A stretch of DNA of 64,000 nt from Synechococcus sp. (GTDB taxonomy: Bacteria > Cyanobacteriota > Cyanobacteriia > PCC-6307 > Cyanobiaceae): assembly GCA_047285805.1 (NCBI GenBank), contig JBJBCN010000002.1, positions 256,001 through 320,000 of the forward strand. The letters are read 5' to 3'. Positions within the stretch are counted from its first letter, which is position 1, and the number at the start of each line of letters is the position of its first letter. Shown here in pieces: positions 30,962 to 40,799 of this stretch. The translations under genes and the position numbers were made by a program. The notes beneath the pieces are model-generated. The model was not told where the DNA came from, did no database searches, and saw nothing but the letters and a program-made list of their open reading frames with translations.

Positions 30962-31168
30962 TTAGAAAGAGGATGTGGACTCCAGTGAAGAAGCAAGTTT
31001 CATCCGGCGCTCCTCTGCCTCCAAGAAGTCGCCCCACATGCCGAGCAGGAAGCTCAAGGTGTTCAAGGCTTGCACTTGCTCCTTCGACCCTGGTGCTGTC
31101 TCCTTGAAGTTCATCAGCATCATGTCTGCAACATTCCTCTGCTCTTTGCATCGAGAGTCAATGGTCAT
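30962..31168 (-). CDS. Small hypothetical protein
   Basis: ATG 2 nt after the stop of the upstream DUF2973-like gene. Confidence 0.6.
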   Translation of the reverse strand: MTIDSRCKEQRNVADMMLMNFKETAPGSKEQVQALNTLSFLLGMWGDFLEAEERRMKLASSLESTSSF

Positions 31169-31170
31169 GC

Positions 31171-31413
31171 TCAGCTCTCCGACGAAGCAGCGCCTTTCAG
31201 CTCGCTGAAGCTCACTGCCCACAAGTCCTCTGTTGTGACCTCGCCGTGTTCGTTCAAGAGCTCTGGGTGCACTGTCCGTAATCCTGTGCGGTCGGTTTGG
31301 CGAGCCATGGACGAAGCCGCAGGACTGCCCGCTAGTCGCATCATTCGGAAGGCCTGGGCGAGTAGAACGACTAAAATTGCTGCGTAAGCAAGAGGAAAGA
31401 GAACCCCAAACAT
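31171..31413 (-). CDS. DUF2973-like protein
   Basis: N-terminal TM ..AFRMM and DRTG..TVHPELL..GE motif. Confidence 0.7.
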   Translation of the reverse strand: MFGVLFPLAYAAILVVLLAQAFRMMRLAGSPAASSMARQTDRTGLRTVHPELLNEHGEVTTEDLWAVSFSELKGAASSES

Positions 31414-31681
31414 CAGAGGTATCTACGAGACGTTAAGAAACGTTAACAGATGCTTCTTGCCTGGCGTGGGCGCGTCCCTGGGCAAATTGCTGAACCCACT
31501 TCATTCGCTCACCATTACTCCGGTTTCCCATGACTGGTTTCAATTTGCTGGCATGAGCCGACCAGAACCACTGGCTGTCGTGCTGGTCGGCTCCCAATGG
31601 CTCCAGTCGTGCGGAAGGGGCTAGTCAAATATCGATTTCATCTGGGCTCTGGTGCTGACATGCGCTCGAAGAGAGTTACCA

Positions 31682-32163
31682 CTTGAACTAGCCGTTGAAC
31701 TCAGTAGTCGTCTCCGTATTTAACCGAAGACGAAGCATCCATCAGCTCGACAGTGGTCTGGTAGCCGTTTTGAAGGGTGACTTCATGTTGGACGGCAACG
31801 TCATGAGGTGCCTCGATGTCAAGTTCTGACACCGTAATCCAGCTGAAGCCCTTGCCAAAGGTGTTGTCTGGGTTGACCACATACCAGTGACAAGCCCTGT
31901 CGGGAACAGCAACGGAACACTTTTTTAGTCGTTGTCCCACTGAGGGACTTGAACAAAGGACAGTGCGGCAAAAACAACGCGCAAGAAGCCGGACAGCTTT
32001 CAGACATCCCCCAGAGGCGAGACCCTACCGGCTTTTTAGGGATGCCTTCACTCCCCAGATCACCTTTCAGTGAAGGGAAGGTGTGGTCTGGGTTGAAATG
32101 CACCACGCCCACGTATCTGACAACGGCGCTTGCGGGAACCGTCTCCTGGACGTTTATGGCCTT
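31682..32163. repeat. About 480-bp direct repeat copy 1 (family B element plus pseudogenised small gene)
   Basis: Colinear with 41600-42083; here ATG>AAG and a 1-nt deletion creates TAA near 31926. Confidence 0.9.
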
Positions 32164-34458
32164 ACTGCCCCCTCCCTCGAGGCTACGGTCACTCTCCTTC
32201 TGCGCCTAGCCATTCCCCTAACCCCAAGTGGGGGCAATTTGCCGGTGCTTCAGTTCGTCCCTACATGGGGGTAATTCAGTGCAAGATGCTCGCAAGAACC
32301 CAGTCGTCAAGTGGCTGATCAGGTCTTATCTCTGGCGACAGTCTTTGACTAACTGGTCGGGATAACTCACCTACTAACTTCTCTTGATAGGCCGCCTATG
32401 ATGGGGTAGGAAGAAATACCCGGGCATGAATTCTGATGTCATTTCTTAAGTACGCAGGAAATCCCAAGGAGAATATTAAGTGCAAGGGAAAGGAAATAAG
32501 TAGTAATACTCACTCGCTGGAAGAAAATGGCCCATCCTTTGCAGTTCACGGCAAAGCATTCGACAATCCATGAGGTTGACGTCTTGCTTGGGCGAACCTT
32601 CTTTGTTGCCTGCACGCGCCATGGCATGTGCAGGCATCTTGACGACTTTGAATTGGCTATTAAGTGCTTGGAAGAGTTGGAGGACGACGTAGAGGTTCTG
32701 GAGTGAGTATGCCATGCCAAATAGGCCTTTGGTGAATGCAATGTTCAGCTGACGGCGAGAGCTTCATTTGGGTGTGCCTTTGGGCTCACGATCCTGAATT
32801 CTCGACCTCTGTGCATTGCGAAAATAACTAGTTCTAGATGGGGCAAACTATGGAACTCCAACTTCCTACTGTTATTGCTAATCAGATTGCTGACCTAGAG
32901 CAATCTGAGGCTGAGCTGGTTGCAGCCCTAATTCGAGTCAGAGACGAGAAGCTGAGGCTGTTGTCTGAGCTTGGCAATTATCCCGGGCCACAACAGGCCA
33001 TCATTCTTGAAGACTCTCAAGAGCAGCACCTTCTCTGACTACTGCTTAGTGACTTGTGGGTATTTGGAATGCCGCAAGGAGCCTCCGCTTGAGGCTCTGG
33101 GGGAATTACTCGGCCTTCTCCTTTTGTCCTGTGGCTTGTGTCTCTGAAGCCCTGCATAAGTTCTTGTACGCATGACCTGAAAACGAATTCAGATGCACGC
33201 TGTAGAAAGCAGTCCTTGCTAACCATGTGCTGCAACAACCCAAACGCTGAGCACCACAAGCCCGACAAGGCGGAGGCCAAGAAGCCCTCACCTAAGAAGA
33301 CATCCCTTACGGAGTCCTCACGCCGCTGATCCGCAGTCGGTCATCGGTCTGCCGTCCTCTTCCCGGATGTACACGTCGCATGACGCTTCTGGCTTCTTCC
33401 AGGTACCTTGCTTGATGACTGCAACCGTTGCCCAGAGGTATAGGGCAATGAGGATGCCATCGGTGATCACGTCCATTCATCCCTCCCTAGCTGGCTTCAC
33501 TCTCTACGAAATGTGCTATGAATACATCTGTAGATATGCTTAGCCAGACTCGCTACGCATTCCTGTGGAGCGGCTATGAGGCGGTAACTCGACCGTCTCA
33601 TCAGCTTACGGATGATACCGACGAGTGCTCTCAGGTTTCGTTGAGCATTGGTGGTGCCCGCCGCATCCATCAATTGGGAGATACACCACGCCACAAGAAC
33701 GCGCCGACTCCTGTTGGTCCCGTTGAATGTGCATCACTCGCTTTGAGTCGCGTCCATATGCGGATGGGCCCTTCGAAGCCTTCAAAAACCTTCTCGAGTG
33801 GCCTACAGGGTGTGCGATACCCCTGAATGAGAGGGCAGACGTCCCTAGTCCATCGACTCATTCCACAGGTTCTATTGACGGCTAATTCTGATGGGTGGCC
33901 TTCCAGAGCACGATGCTTTCAAGGCTTAGAGCGCCCAGCAAAACAGCGATTCCAACCCCCAGAGCCATCGCCTGTGGATTTGCAAATTCCCAAATACCCG
34001 TCATTGATTCGCCCTCATTACCTATCAATCTTGACCCAGCCATCTGCCAGATTCATCAGTAATTCCACCTACGCTAAAGGCAGCTAGAAAAATGATAGGT
34101 GCGTCCTCATGACTCAAGATGGTACGAGAATCTATATCGCTGTCTTCATCTAGATGCCGCACATTGCCTTGAGTCTTATCTCTAAACTGCTGGTTTTAAG
34201 TCATAGCCTGAAATGTAGTCAGGCTGTGACCACCACTACGCAAGTGCCTCTCCGGAAGGGAAGACCAGATCGTGTTTTATTTGGTTTTCAACATCTTGCA
34301 ACTCTTCCCCAGCATGAAGCCTGCCTGGCTAAGAGAATGCCTCTTTGGGGTTGTATCTAACTAGTTCCTAGTCTTGATTGGAATCTTTCCGGCTGAGTAA
34401 AGAGCATTAAATGCTCTTTGCGTGTCCACTGTAGTCCCTTGTTCTTGTCTGATTTCAA

Positions 34459-34866
34459 TTAATAACAGCTGGTCTGATATGTGCTATCTGCTTCGGTCAT
34501 GGCTTCGTCGTCATTATGAAAATAGCAGCCATATATCAGGTTGATGATCCTGTTGATATCCATTTCTCTTTCTGAGGCCTCATTCCAGATTTGACCAGCC
34601 AGCTTGGAATCTCCATCCGCTATCTGCGCCTGAACGAGCGAGCGGGCTACAGAGAAATAAGATTGTCTGTCATTTCTTAATTTGCACTCCTCCTCCGATT
34701 TCACATGTCTAACCCCCCTGTAGGTCAGCGTTGTGCACGCGTCGCTTTCAGTTTTATTCCTGCAGGTGTTGTAAGCCTGACTGCGATAGGTCAGCTCCCT
34801 GCACAGATGGGGCGACGAGACCTGAGAGGCATCCTGCCTAAGGTTTCTGAAGATGAGGTTGTTCAT
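34459..34866 (-). CDS. DUF4278-containing protein with C-terminal extension
   Basis: LIFR, LTYRSQAY and LTYRGVRH repeats; AGGAG RBS. Confidence 0.75.
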   Translation of the reverse strand: MNNLIFRNLRQDASQVSSPHLCRELTYRSQAYNTCRNKTESDACTTLTYRGVRHVKSEEECKLRNDRQSYFSVARSLVQAQIADGDSKLAGQIWNEASEREMDINRIINLIYGCYFHNDDEAMTEADSTYQTSCY

Positions 34867-34884
34867 TGTTAGCTCCTGGTTATA

Positions 34885-34944
34885 CCAGGCCCGCGTTCCT
34901 TGACCTGGGTTGAGCTGCGCCTCGAGAAGATGACGAGGTGAACG
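34885..34944 (-). promoter_or_regulatory. Class II glutamine riboswitch (Downstream-peptide motif)
   Basis: CGTTCACCTCG..CGAGGCGCAG..CCAGGTCAAGGAACGCGGGCCTGG. Confidence 0.85.
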
Positions 34945-34948
34945 TTAG

Positions 34949-34962
34949 GTGGCTGTTGCTAC
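34949..34962 (-). promoter_or_regulatory. NtcA-like site (GTA-N8-CAC) near riboswitch transcription start
   Basis: GTAGCAACAGCCAC, one mismatch to GTA-N8-TAC, immediately 5' of the riboswitch. Confidence 0.45.
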
Positions 34963-35151
34963 ATGGATAGTCAAGCTCTCCCTTCGCCAATGTGAAGCTG
35001 ATGAGTGCTTTTCTTAACTATCGGTGCAATGCTTCGACTCTCAAGGCGGCTTGTATGAGTGAAACTACTCATTCAATGCATCTCGCATCTTTAAGGTGCA
35101 ATGGCTCGCTTGCTTTGAATTGCGTTAGAAAGAATTCATCTGATTCCAAGA

Positions 35152-35520
35152 AGGAAGGCCGCCCCTCCCCGGTGGAAGAGACGGCCTACCTAGGTCGTTT
35201 ATACATGGGATGTGCCTATTGCTTGATGGACAAAAGAGAAGGTTGGAGCTTCTGATCTTGACGCCTGGCGCCGAGCTTCCAGTTGTCGGGCCTTCTTACT
35301 CCTTAGGGCACCTCACTGGGTGCGGATGGAGTGTCCCCCGGCAGAACCGAGATTTAGGACGTGCCCGTGGTGGATGAGAAAGCCCTGTGGAGCAGGGGTT
35401 TGCGGTCAGCAGCTCACTGATGCTTCTGAGGTGGAGTGTCGTCCAAAACGCCTCCGAGATCGATGGACCCACCATCGGTCCGATTCGAGCAGAGGGCAAT
35501 CAGGCTTTATGCGCATTGCC
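35152..35520 (-). ncRNA. Family A dispersed structured element, copy 4
   Basis: GGCAAT-N14-ATTGCC at 35495-35520; GACACTCCACC, CCCCTGCTCCAC, GACACTCCATC and AGGTGCC blocks; 3' hairpin AGGCCGTCTCTTCC-ACCG-GGGAGGGGCGGCCT. Confidence 0.6.
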
Positions 35521-35720
35521 TTTCAACGGCAGACCTCCGATAGTCAGGACAGCGTGCCTGGAGTGAGAGGCCGCTCAGAGGCTCAGTTGAGCGTTCCCTC
35601 TTCAGACACCCGCAACGAAGTTCGGCAGCGATGCCTACCGGAAGAAGTCACACTACCAGCGAAGGAAGACTCGGTAGTCGTTCCTATTGCAACGACTACC
35701 AGCTGCGGCACCATGCGTCC

Positions 35721-35781
35721 ATTCGGGAGGAAGACGCCCGGGTAGGAACCCCTAACCGCGGAGAAGCCACCGCGGTTTTTT
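35721..35781 (+). ncRNA. Family C putative sRNA
   Basis: ATTCGGG-AGGAAGACG-CCCGGGT hairpin, AGGAACCCC, terminator AACCGCGG-AGAAGCCA-CCGCGGTT-TTTT. Confidence 0.55.
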
Positions 35782-35797
35782 CATGTCTACGGAAAAC

Positions 35798-36100
35798 TCA
35801 GTGCCCGGCGTGATCGCCTTCCTCGACGATGGAAATACTGACATTGCTGTGCGGCTCGCGTAGCAATGTCAGTTCCTGGTACTCAGCGGCGTCATAGGCA
35901 GCTTTCGCAGCAGCCAGGCTCTCGAATTCTTTGATCACGGTCAGATGGCACAGGTTGCCTTCTCGAACATCAGTGTTCAACTCTCGAACAAGGAAGCGTG
36001 CTCCGCATTTGGCGAGATAGGAGCCTGCGGCTTCGATGTAAGGCCCCATCCCTTCTGGGTTGGTGATTGAGCCCGCGACGTTCCAGTAGGCCTTGGCCAT
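35798..36100 (-). CDS. DUF1330 family protein
   Basis: AYW...Y.....GARFLVR....EG....EFESL.AA...Y...EYQ...R pattern. Confidence 0.85.
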   Translation of the reverse strand: MAKAYWNVAGSITNPEGMGPYIEAAGSYLAKCGARFLVRELNTDVREGNLCHLTVIKEFESLAAAKAAYDAAEYQELTLLREPHSNVSISIVEEGDHAGH

Positions 36101-36300
36101 TTCCTTTTAGAAGCTCAGAGGATGTTTACGCGCATCTTTTGTGTCAGATGCAGCCTTCCCGCCGGATAGGTCGGTCGGCAGGCCAGCTTGCCGGTGCCGG
36201 TGAGCGTCAACGGCACCGGCGCTTGGGATTTTCGTCTCCGCACCGAATCACCGCAGGGATCTCCTTATCTCGGCGATACTCATATAAAGGCTCCCTCTAG

Positions 36301-36642
36301 ATGGCTTCCAAGTTTTTCCACGTACACCATGAGTTCCGAGCAGGGAAAGCCCAGCTGTGGTGGGAGAAGGCCACTGCGGCTATGGCTCCTGGCGGTGGCT
36401 GGGATGCCGCGGTGGCAATGAACCTTGAGGCAGGCTTCTACAACCACTCTTTCTGTCCTGTTGGTCCAGAAGGACCTGCCTTTTGCATCTGGGAGGTACG
36501 TGAGGGTATTTCCGCCGAAGACTTTCAGGAATTTATTGATGGCCCAAATGGCGTCAACTTTGGACTGGGCGCATGGATGAACATTTGCCGTGAAATCGAT
36601 GTGGACATGGCCGGTCAGACCCCCTACCCCAGGAAATTCTGA
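36301..36642 (+). CDS. Hypothetical protein
   Basis: Clean 113-aa ATG ORF with protein-like aromatic/Cys pattern (FCIWE). Confidence 0.65.
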   Translation: MASKFFHVHHEFRAGKAQLWWEKATAAMAPGGGWDAAVAMNLEAGFYNHSFCPVGPEGPAFCIWEVREGISAEDFQEFIDGPNGVNFGLGAWMNICREIDVDMAGQTPYPRKF

Positions 36643-36819
36643 TCAATCCAATCGCATGTCTGAAGACCCATTTGGCTGCCCATTGCCCTACTGAACAAAT
36701 CTGAGATCCGAGAGGGAACTTGGCAATCATCCGTTTCGGATCACGGTGGTCTCTCGATCGTGTCCTCTGCGTTTATGGCTCTGGTCTATTTAGGTTTGCT
36801 AGGACTGGACGATGGAGGC

Positions 36820-37455
36820 ATGAAACGACGGCTCGTAGCCACAGCCTTGTTGCTGACCGCACCTCCGTTTGTAGCCGGCGACCTGGGACTGGCAGATCAC
36901 GCCCTCTCTGGCCTTGATTCCAAGAACCCCGATTTCAACCGCAAGTCGTTCCAGACCTCAATCCTGTACGGCTCGGATGGCAAAGGCAGCAGAGGGGTAG
37001 ACAAGACAGTCGCATCCTTTGAGGACGGACTGTTCAAGGTGACAACCAGCCCCAAATGTATCCAACAGATCCAGACCTAACGCTCTGGGACTTTTGTACC
37101 CAACGCGAGCTTCGACGAAAAGGGGATTACTCCTGAGCAGGTAATTTCCTTCGACTCGCATGTCGAGCAGGGCATCATTATTTTCTCGGTCTTCTACCGC
37201 GATTCAGAAGGCAAAGCTCAGCTAGCGACCCTTGGGTTCAACCAGAATGACTCGCTTGGGTTTAAGCACGCCTTCCTGAACTGGTTGTCCTCTTCCGCAG
37301 GGCAATCGAGACTTAAGCTCGTCGAACCTCCGATCGAAAAGCCTGAGGAAGCGCCCTACCCAATCCGACGCCAACCAATGCAGGGCAACTACTGGCGGCT
37401 AAGCCCCACGGGCTTGTCGATATATGCGATGCAAGCCACCACTCAGCCGGGTTGA
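36820..37455 (+). pseudogene. Secreted hypothetical protein broken by a single TAA (37078-37080)
   Basis: GGAGG RBS and signal peptide; the frame stays open about 124 codons after the stop. Confidence 0.55.
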
Positions 37456-38031
37456 TTCCTCGCCAGTGCCTGCTGGGCTTCTTCCATCAACAACCCGATG
37501 CACGGAGTCATCATCGCTGGTCGGTCACACTCGCTGACCTCAAAGTCTTCCGTCAATACGGCGTATGCCCTCTGGGTAGCGATTAGCAAAGCCTCTACGG
37601 AGATGCCGACCTAACCCGGCATGGTCACGCAGAACGAAGCAGACACAAGTCTTGTCTGCTCTTTTCGGTTGGTATGACATCGATAAGAGCCAACCGTGTA
37701 TGCAAACACCCGGGAGCATGTGCTCCGGGGCTCCGGCCGGCGTTTGGCCCTAACCCCTGGCTGCTTGCGCCAAATTGACTGCGGTGCTGGCGAAGGGAGC
37801 AGACAACACCCATGCCCCCTCCTCTCTGGGTAGACGCAAAGATTGCGACAGCACCAGCGCGACTTCACGTTTCTTAAACGAATCCGCCAGAATTGCCGCA
37901 CACGTTTGAAAGCCATGCCTCTCTCAAATCCAGTTGAGTTGGTTACGGCTTTTTTGGCTGCCACCATCGCCCTGTGGTTTGTGGGCCGTAGTGTCCCCTG
38001 GGCAGAACTTGAAATCGAGGGGGAAAAAAAA

Positions 38032-38547
38032 ATGACCCGCCTCGCAGCTGCGGTTCTCAGTTACTTAATTCGGCCTGGACTTGCTGCATCAATAGGTTTA
38101 CTGCTGCTCCGACTGAGCATTGGATTGTTGATGATTCACCACGGACAAGAGAAACTCGCCGATCCCCAGCAGTTTGCTTCCACCTACGTTGCTTCGCTAG
38201 ACCTGCCCTTTCCCATGTTCTTTGCCTATGCAGCTGGTTTTTCGGAGTTACTTGGGAGTTGGCTTGTAATCCTGGGTCTATTCACTCCGCTGGGGGCTCT
38301 CGCTCTCACCTCAACTATGGCCGTGGCGGCCTATCAACACATACTTACAGGTGGGCTCAATATTTATGTTTTGGAGCTTGTATTGCTTTATCTTGGAGGC
38401 AGCCTTGCGATCTTGCTGAATGGACCCGGCCGTTTCTCGTTCGATGCGGGTATGGCTCCGTTTTTGCTGAATAATTCCGTCAGTACCACCTCTACTGGAG
38501 GAAGTGGCCTGCAACCTTCCACTATTCCTATTGAAAGTCGTGAGTAG
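38032..38547 (+). CDS. DoxX family membrane protein
   Basis: GLLLLRL.IGLLMIHHGQEKL, ELLGSWLVILGLFT and GPGRFSFD motifs. Confidence 0.88.
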   Translation: MTRLAAAVLSYLIRPGLAASIGLLLLRLSIGLLMIHHGQEKLADPQQFASTYVASLDLPFPMFFAYAAGFSELLGSWLVILGLFTPLGALALTSTMAVAAYQHILTGGLNIYVLELVLLYLGGSLAILLNGPGRFSFDAGMAPFLLNNSVSTTSTGGSGLQPSTIPIESRE

Positions 38548-38842
38548 ACGCACTGATTGCCACTGCTACCTGGGCTGCTTCCATTGGCTCAGTTGATTAG
38601 ACGTCCCGCCTAGAAGCCACAGCCGGTTTGTCTTGTACATGGACACCCCCGGCTCACCTGTCTAACTGGCAATACCGCCATCCCACAGATCAAACGCTAG
38701 GTGCAACAGCCCCATCGGCTTCACAAGAGAAGCGCCGGAAGGCTGTTGTTGACGACTGGAGGCATCCAACCGCCGCCACACGGATCGAGGAGTTCACGTC
38801 TCGTCTTCTGGAGTTATGGCAATGCCTGCGAAATCAGGCAAC

Positions 38843-38953
38843 AGCCCCCCAACAACACTTCCCGCGACTGAGCAGTGTTGTTGGGGGGCTGTATGAGGTG
38901 GTGCCCCCGCTCGGACAACGCTGTCTTCATGGCGCCTTCAGCTCAGTTATGGC
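38843..38953 (-). ncRNA. Family B putative sRNA
   Basis: GCCATAAC box, CGTTGTCCGA, stem2 GGGGGC/GCCCCC, CAACAACACT/AGTGTTGTTG hairpin. Confidence 0.5.
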
Positions 38954-38993
38954 TTAGATCGCTTTAGCCATGCCAGGGGCTGGTGGACTGCTG

Positions 38994-39194
38994 TCAGTTC
39001 CGTGCCTGGATCAAGTCATTCAGCAGCTGCGGTATGTCCACCCCTTTGAGCCCCTCATCGGGGATTGCAGCGACTCGGAGGACGTTTGGCTGACTGGCGA
39101 CCACCTTGGCAATGGCGTGTTCGGAATCCATCGCCCGAACCGGATGGATGCTGCAGCGGTTCGAGTCGCAATAGAACACTGAATACGCCGTCAT
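38994..39194 (-). CDS. Small hypothetical protein
   Basis: 66-aa ATG ORF. Confidence 0.5.
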   Translation of the reverse strand: MTAYSVFYCDSNRCSIHPVRAMDSEHAIAKVVASQPNVLRVAAIPDEGLKGVDIPQLLNDLIQARN

Positions 39195-39469
39195 ACCAAT
39201 CCAAAGAAATGGTGTGGGCCGCGATGTGAGGAGTGCGACCCTGCGCTGCCGACATGACCACGGGGAGGTAAGGACCTCGTCCGGCTGGTTGGGTCAGCAC
39301 CGTTCGGTCATGGCTCAAGCAGTTCCCTGGACGCAATAGCCAAGGAGCCAGGAGGTGGGACCCAGGCTTTTTTTGCCCGGAATTCAGCTGTCCGTGATGT
39401 GATCCCGAAGGTTTCCTGTCATTCCTCCCCAACGGCTCGTGGTTGATCGAACTTGTGCGCCCACCAGTT

Positions 39470-39683
39470 GTGGGATCGATGTTCATAATTGAGGTCCTCA
39501 CACCAGGGCTGGAGTCAGGCTGAGGAGCACGAACAACGCGACTTAGCCGAATCGCAGGCAATGCTTACAAGCCAGGCTGATGGGCTCACCTATCGCGTCA
39601 CTAGCTCGGGGTTGAGCACCCTCTGTGTCTTTACGCAGAAAGGTTCGAGCTGCTGGGATCTGGAATCGGCAGCGGCAGCATGA
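39470..39683 (+). pseudogene. Frameshifted paralogue of 22402-22620
   Basis: IEVLTP in one frame and GWSQAEEHEQRDLAESQAML... in another. Confidence 0.65.
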
Positions 39684-39685
39684 CT

Positions 39686-39749
39686 CCCACGGGAGGAAGA
39701 CGTCCGGGTAGGAATCTCAGACCGCCAAGAAGTCACGGCAGTTTCTTAT
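39686..39749 (+). ncRNA. Family C putative sRNA (decayed terminator)
   Basis: CGGGAGGAAGACGTCCGGGTAGGAA nearly identical to the 35.7-kb copy. Confidence 0.5.
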
Positions 39750-40598
39750 TGCCGCTGAACTCATCGAGACGGACGAAGTCCTCTCACGTAACGCCAATTA
39801 CGACGCATGAAGGAAAGCCACCCCCTCCTCCGATCATGGGTTGCTCTCGACCGTGTCGTCAGCGGCTATGGCTTAGGTCTGTCTAGGACTGAAAGGGGTT
39901 CAGCAATGGCGCATTGGGTGCTCATCCCCCTCACGGAAGAAGACCTTGCAGCATCCCTCTGCTGGAGGCTGCTTTCGCTTTGCCTTGTGATCTGCGACCA
40001 CAGTTGCCGTGACGAACAAGGTGAGCAGGATGCCGTCGGTGAGCGGCTCCATAAACCTCTCCGTGGCTATCTCTGGTCTAGCCCTGACTGGAAGCTTGTG
40101 CAGGGGGCGCCTTAACCGCAGCAGCCACCTTGGTGCAGGGGAACGACCGTTACGCCTCCAAAAACCGCGGGATCCATGAGGACACGCACTTGAAACCCTC
40201 CATTGGGATCTGCGGCAATCTCAATGGTCAATGCAACCAACTACTGACCATCCGCCTTTGAGTAGTTGAGGAGGTCAACTCGCTGAAGCTCCTTGGTTGT
40301 TGCCATCACCATTGGATCTATCGTTGGCTCAAGAATGCTTCAGCGCCTCCCCTGCGCACGAGTGTTGCTGCTGGCACCAAACTCGAGCAGTGCATCAGTT
40401 CCCTGATGGCATCCGAGTGCTGCAGTCGATCGAAATCTCCGTCAGACACTCTGAAAGTTTCGCTGCGATGCAGGACGCGATCGCCTGACTCTCTTGAAGG
40501 AGACTGGTTTTTCAGTGCATGAGGCAGCCTTCGGGTCGCCTTTTCTCTTGCCCCTTGGCATCCACCATGGGCATTCTGGCTGCAGCCGCTTATAGGCC

Positions 40599-40799
40599 TT
40601 GCTTCGTCTGCTCATCGGGATCGGAGTCACCCTGCTTCCTCTGCAGTTGTGGTCGCACCCAAAGGGCATGTATCCATCACAAGCGGCAGCGGCTAAGAGA
40701 GCTCAAGAGCTTGGATGCGAAGGAACTCATAAGAATGAAGGGAAATGGATGCCATGCCTTGACGAGGCCTCGCTCCACCAAGCATTGCGAAAACAGTGA
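40599..40799 (+). CDS. DUF3721-like protein
   Basis: Y.SQAAA.KRA.ELGC.G.H....WMPC motif. Confidence 0.8.
   Translation: MLRLLIGIGVTLLPLQLWSHPKGMYPSQAAAAKRAQELGCEGTHKNEGKWMPCLDEASLHQALRKQ

Noticed and set aside
31432..31450. CGTTAAGAAA-CGTTAACAGA direct repeat upstream of the DUF2973-like gene as a Pho or HLR1 box
   Set aside because: Only two imperfect half-sites, and it fits neither consensus well enough to assign
5003..35520. Family A as a known riboswitch (cobalamin, TPP, glycine) or CRISPR array
   Set aside because: Diagnostic consensus boxes are missing, downstream genes are unrelated or convergent, and there is no regular repeat-spacer periodicity or cas gene
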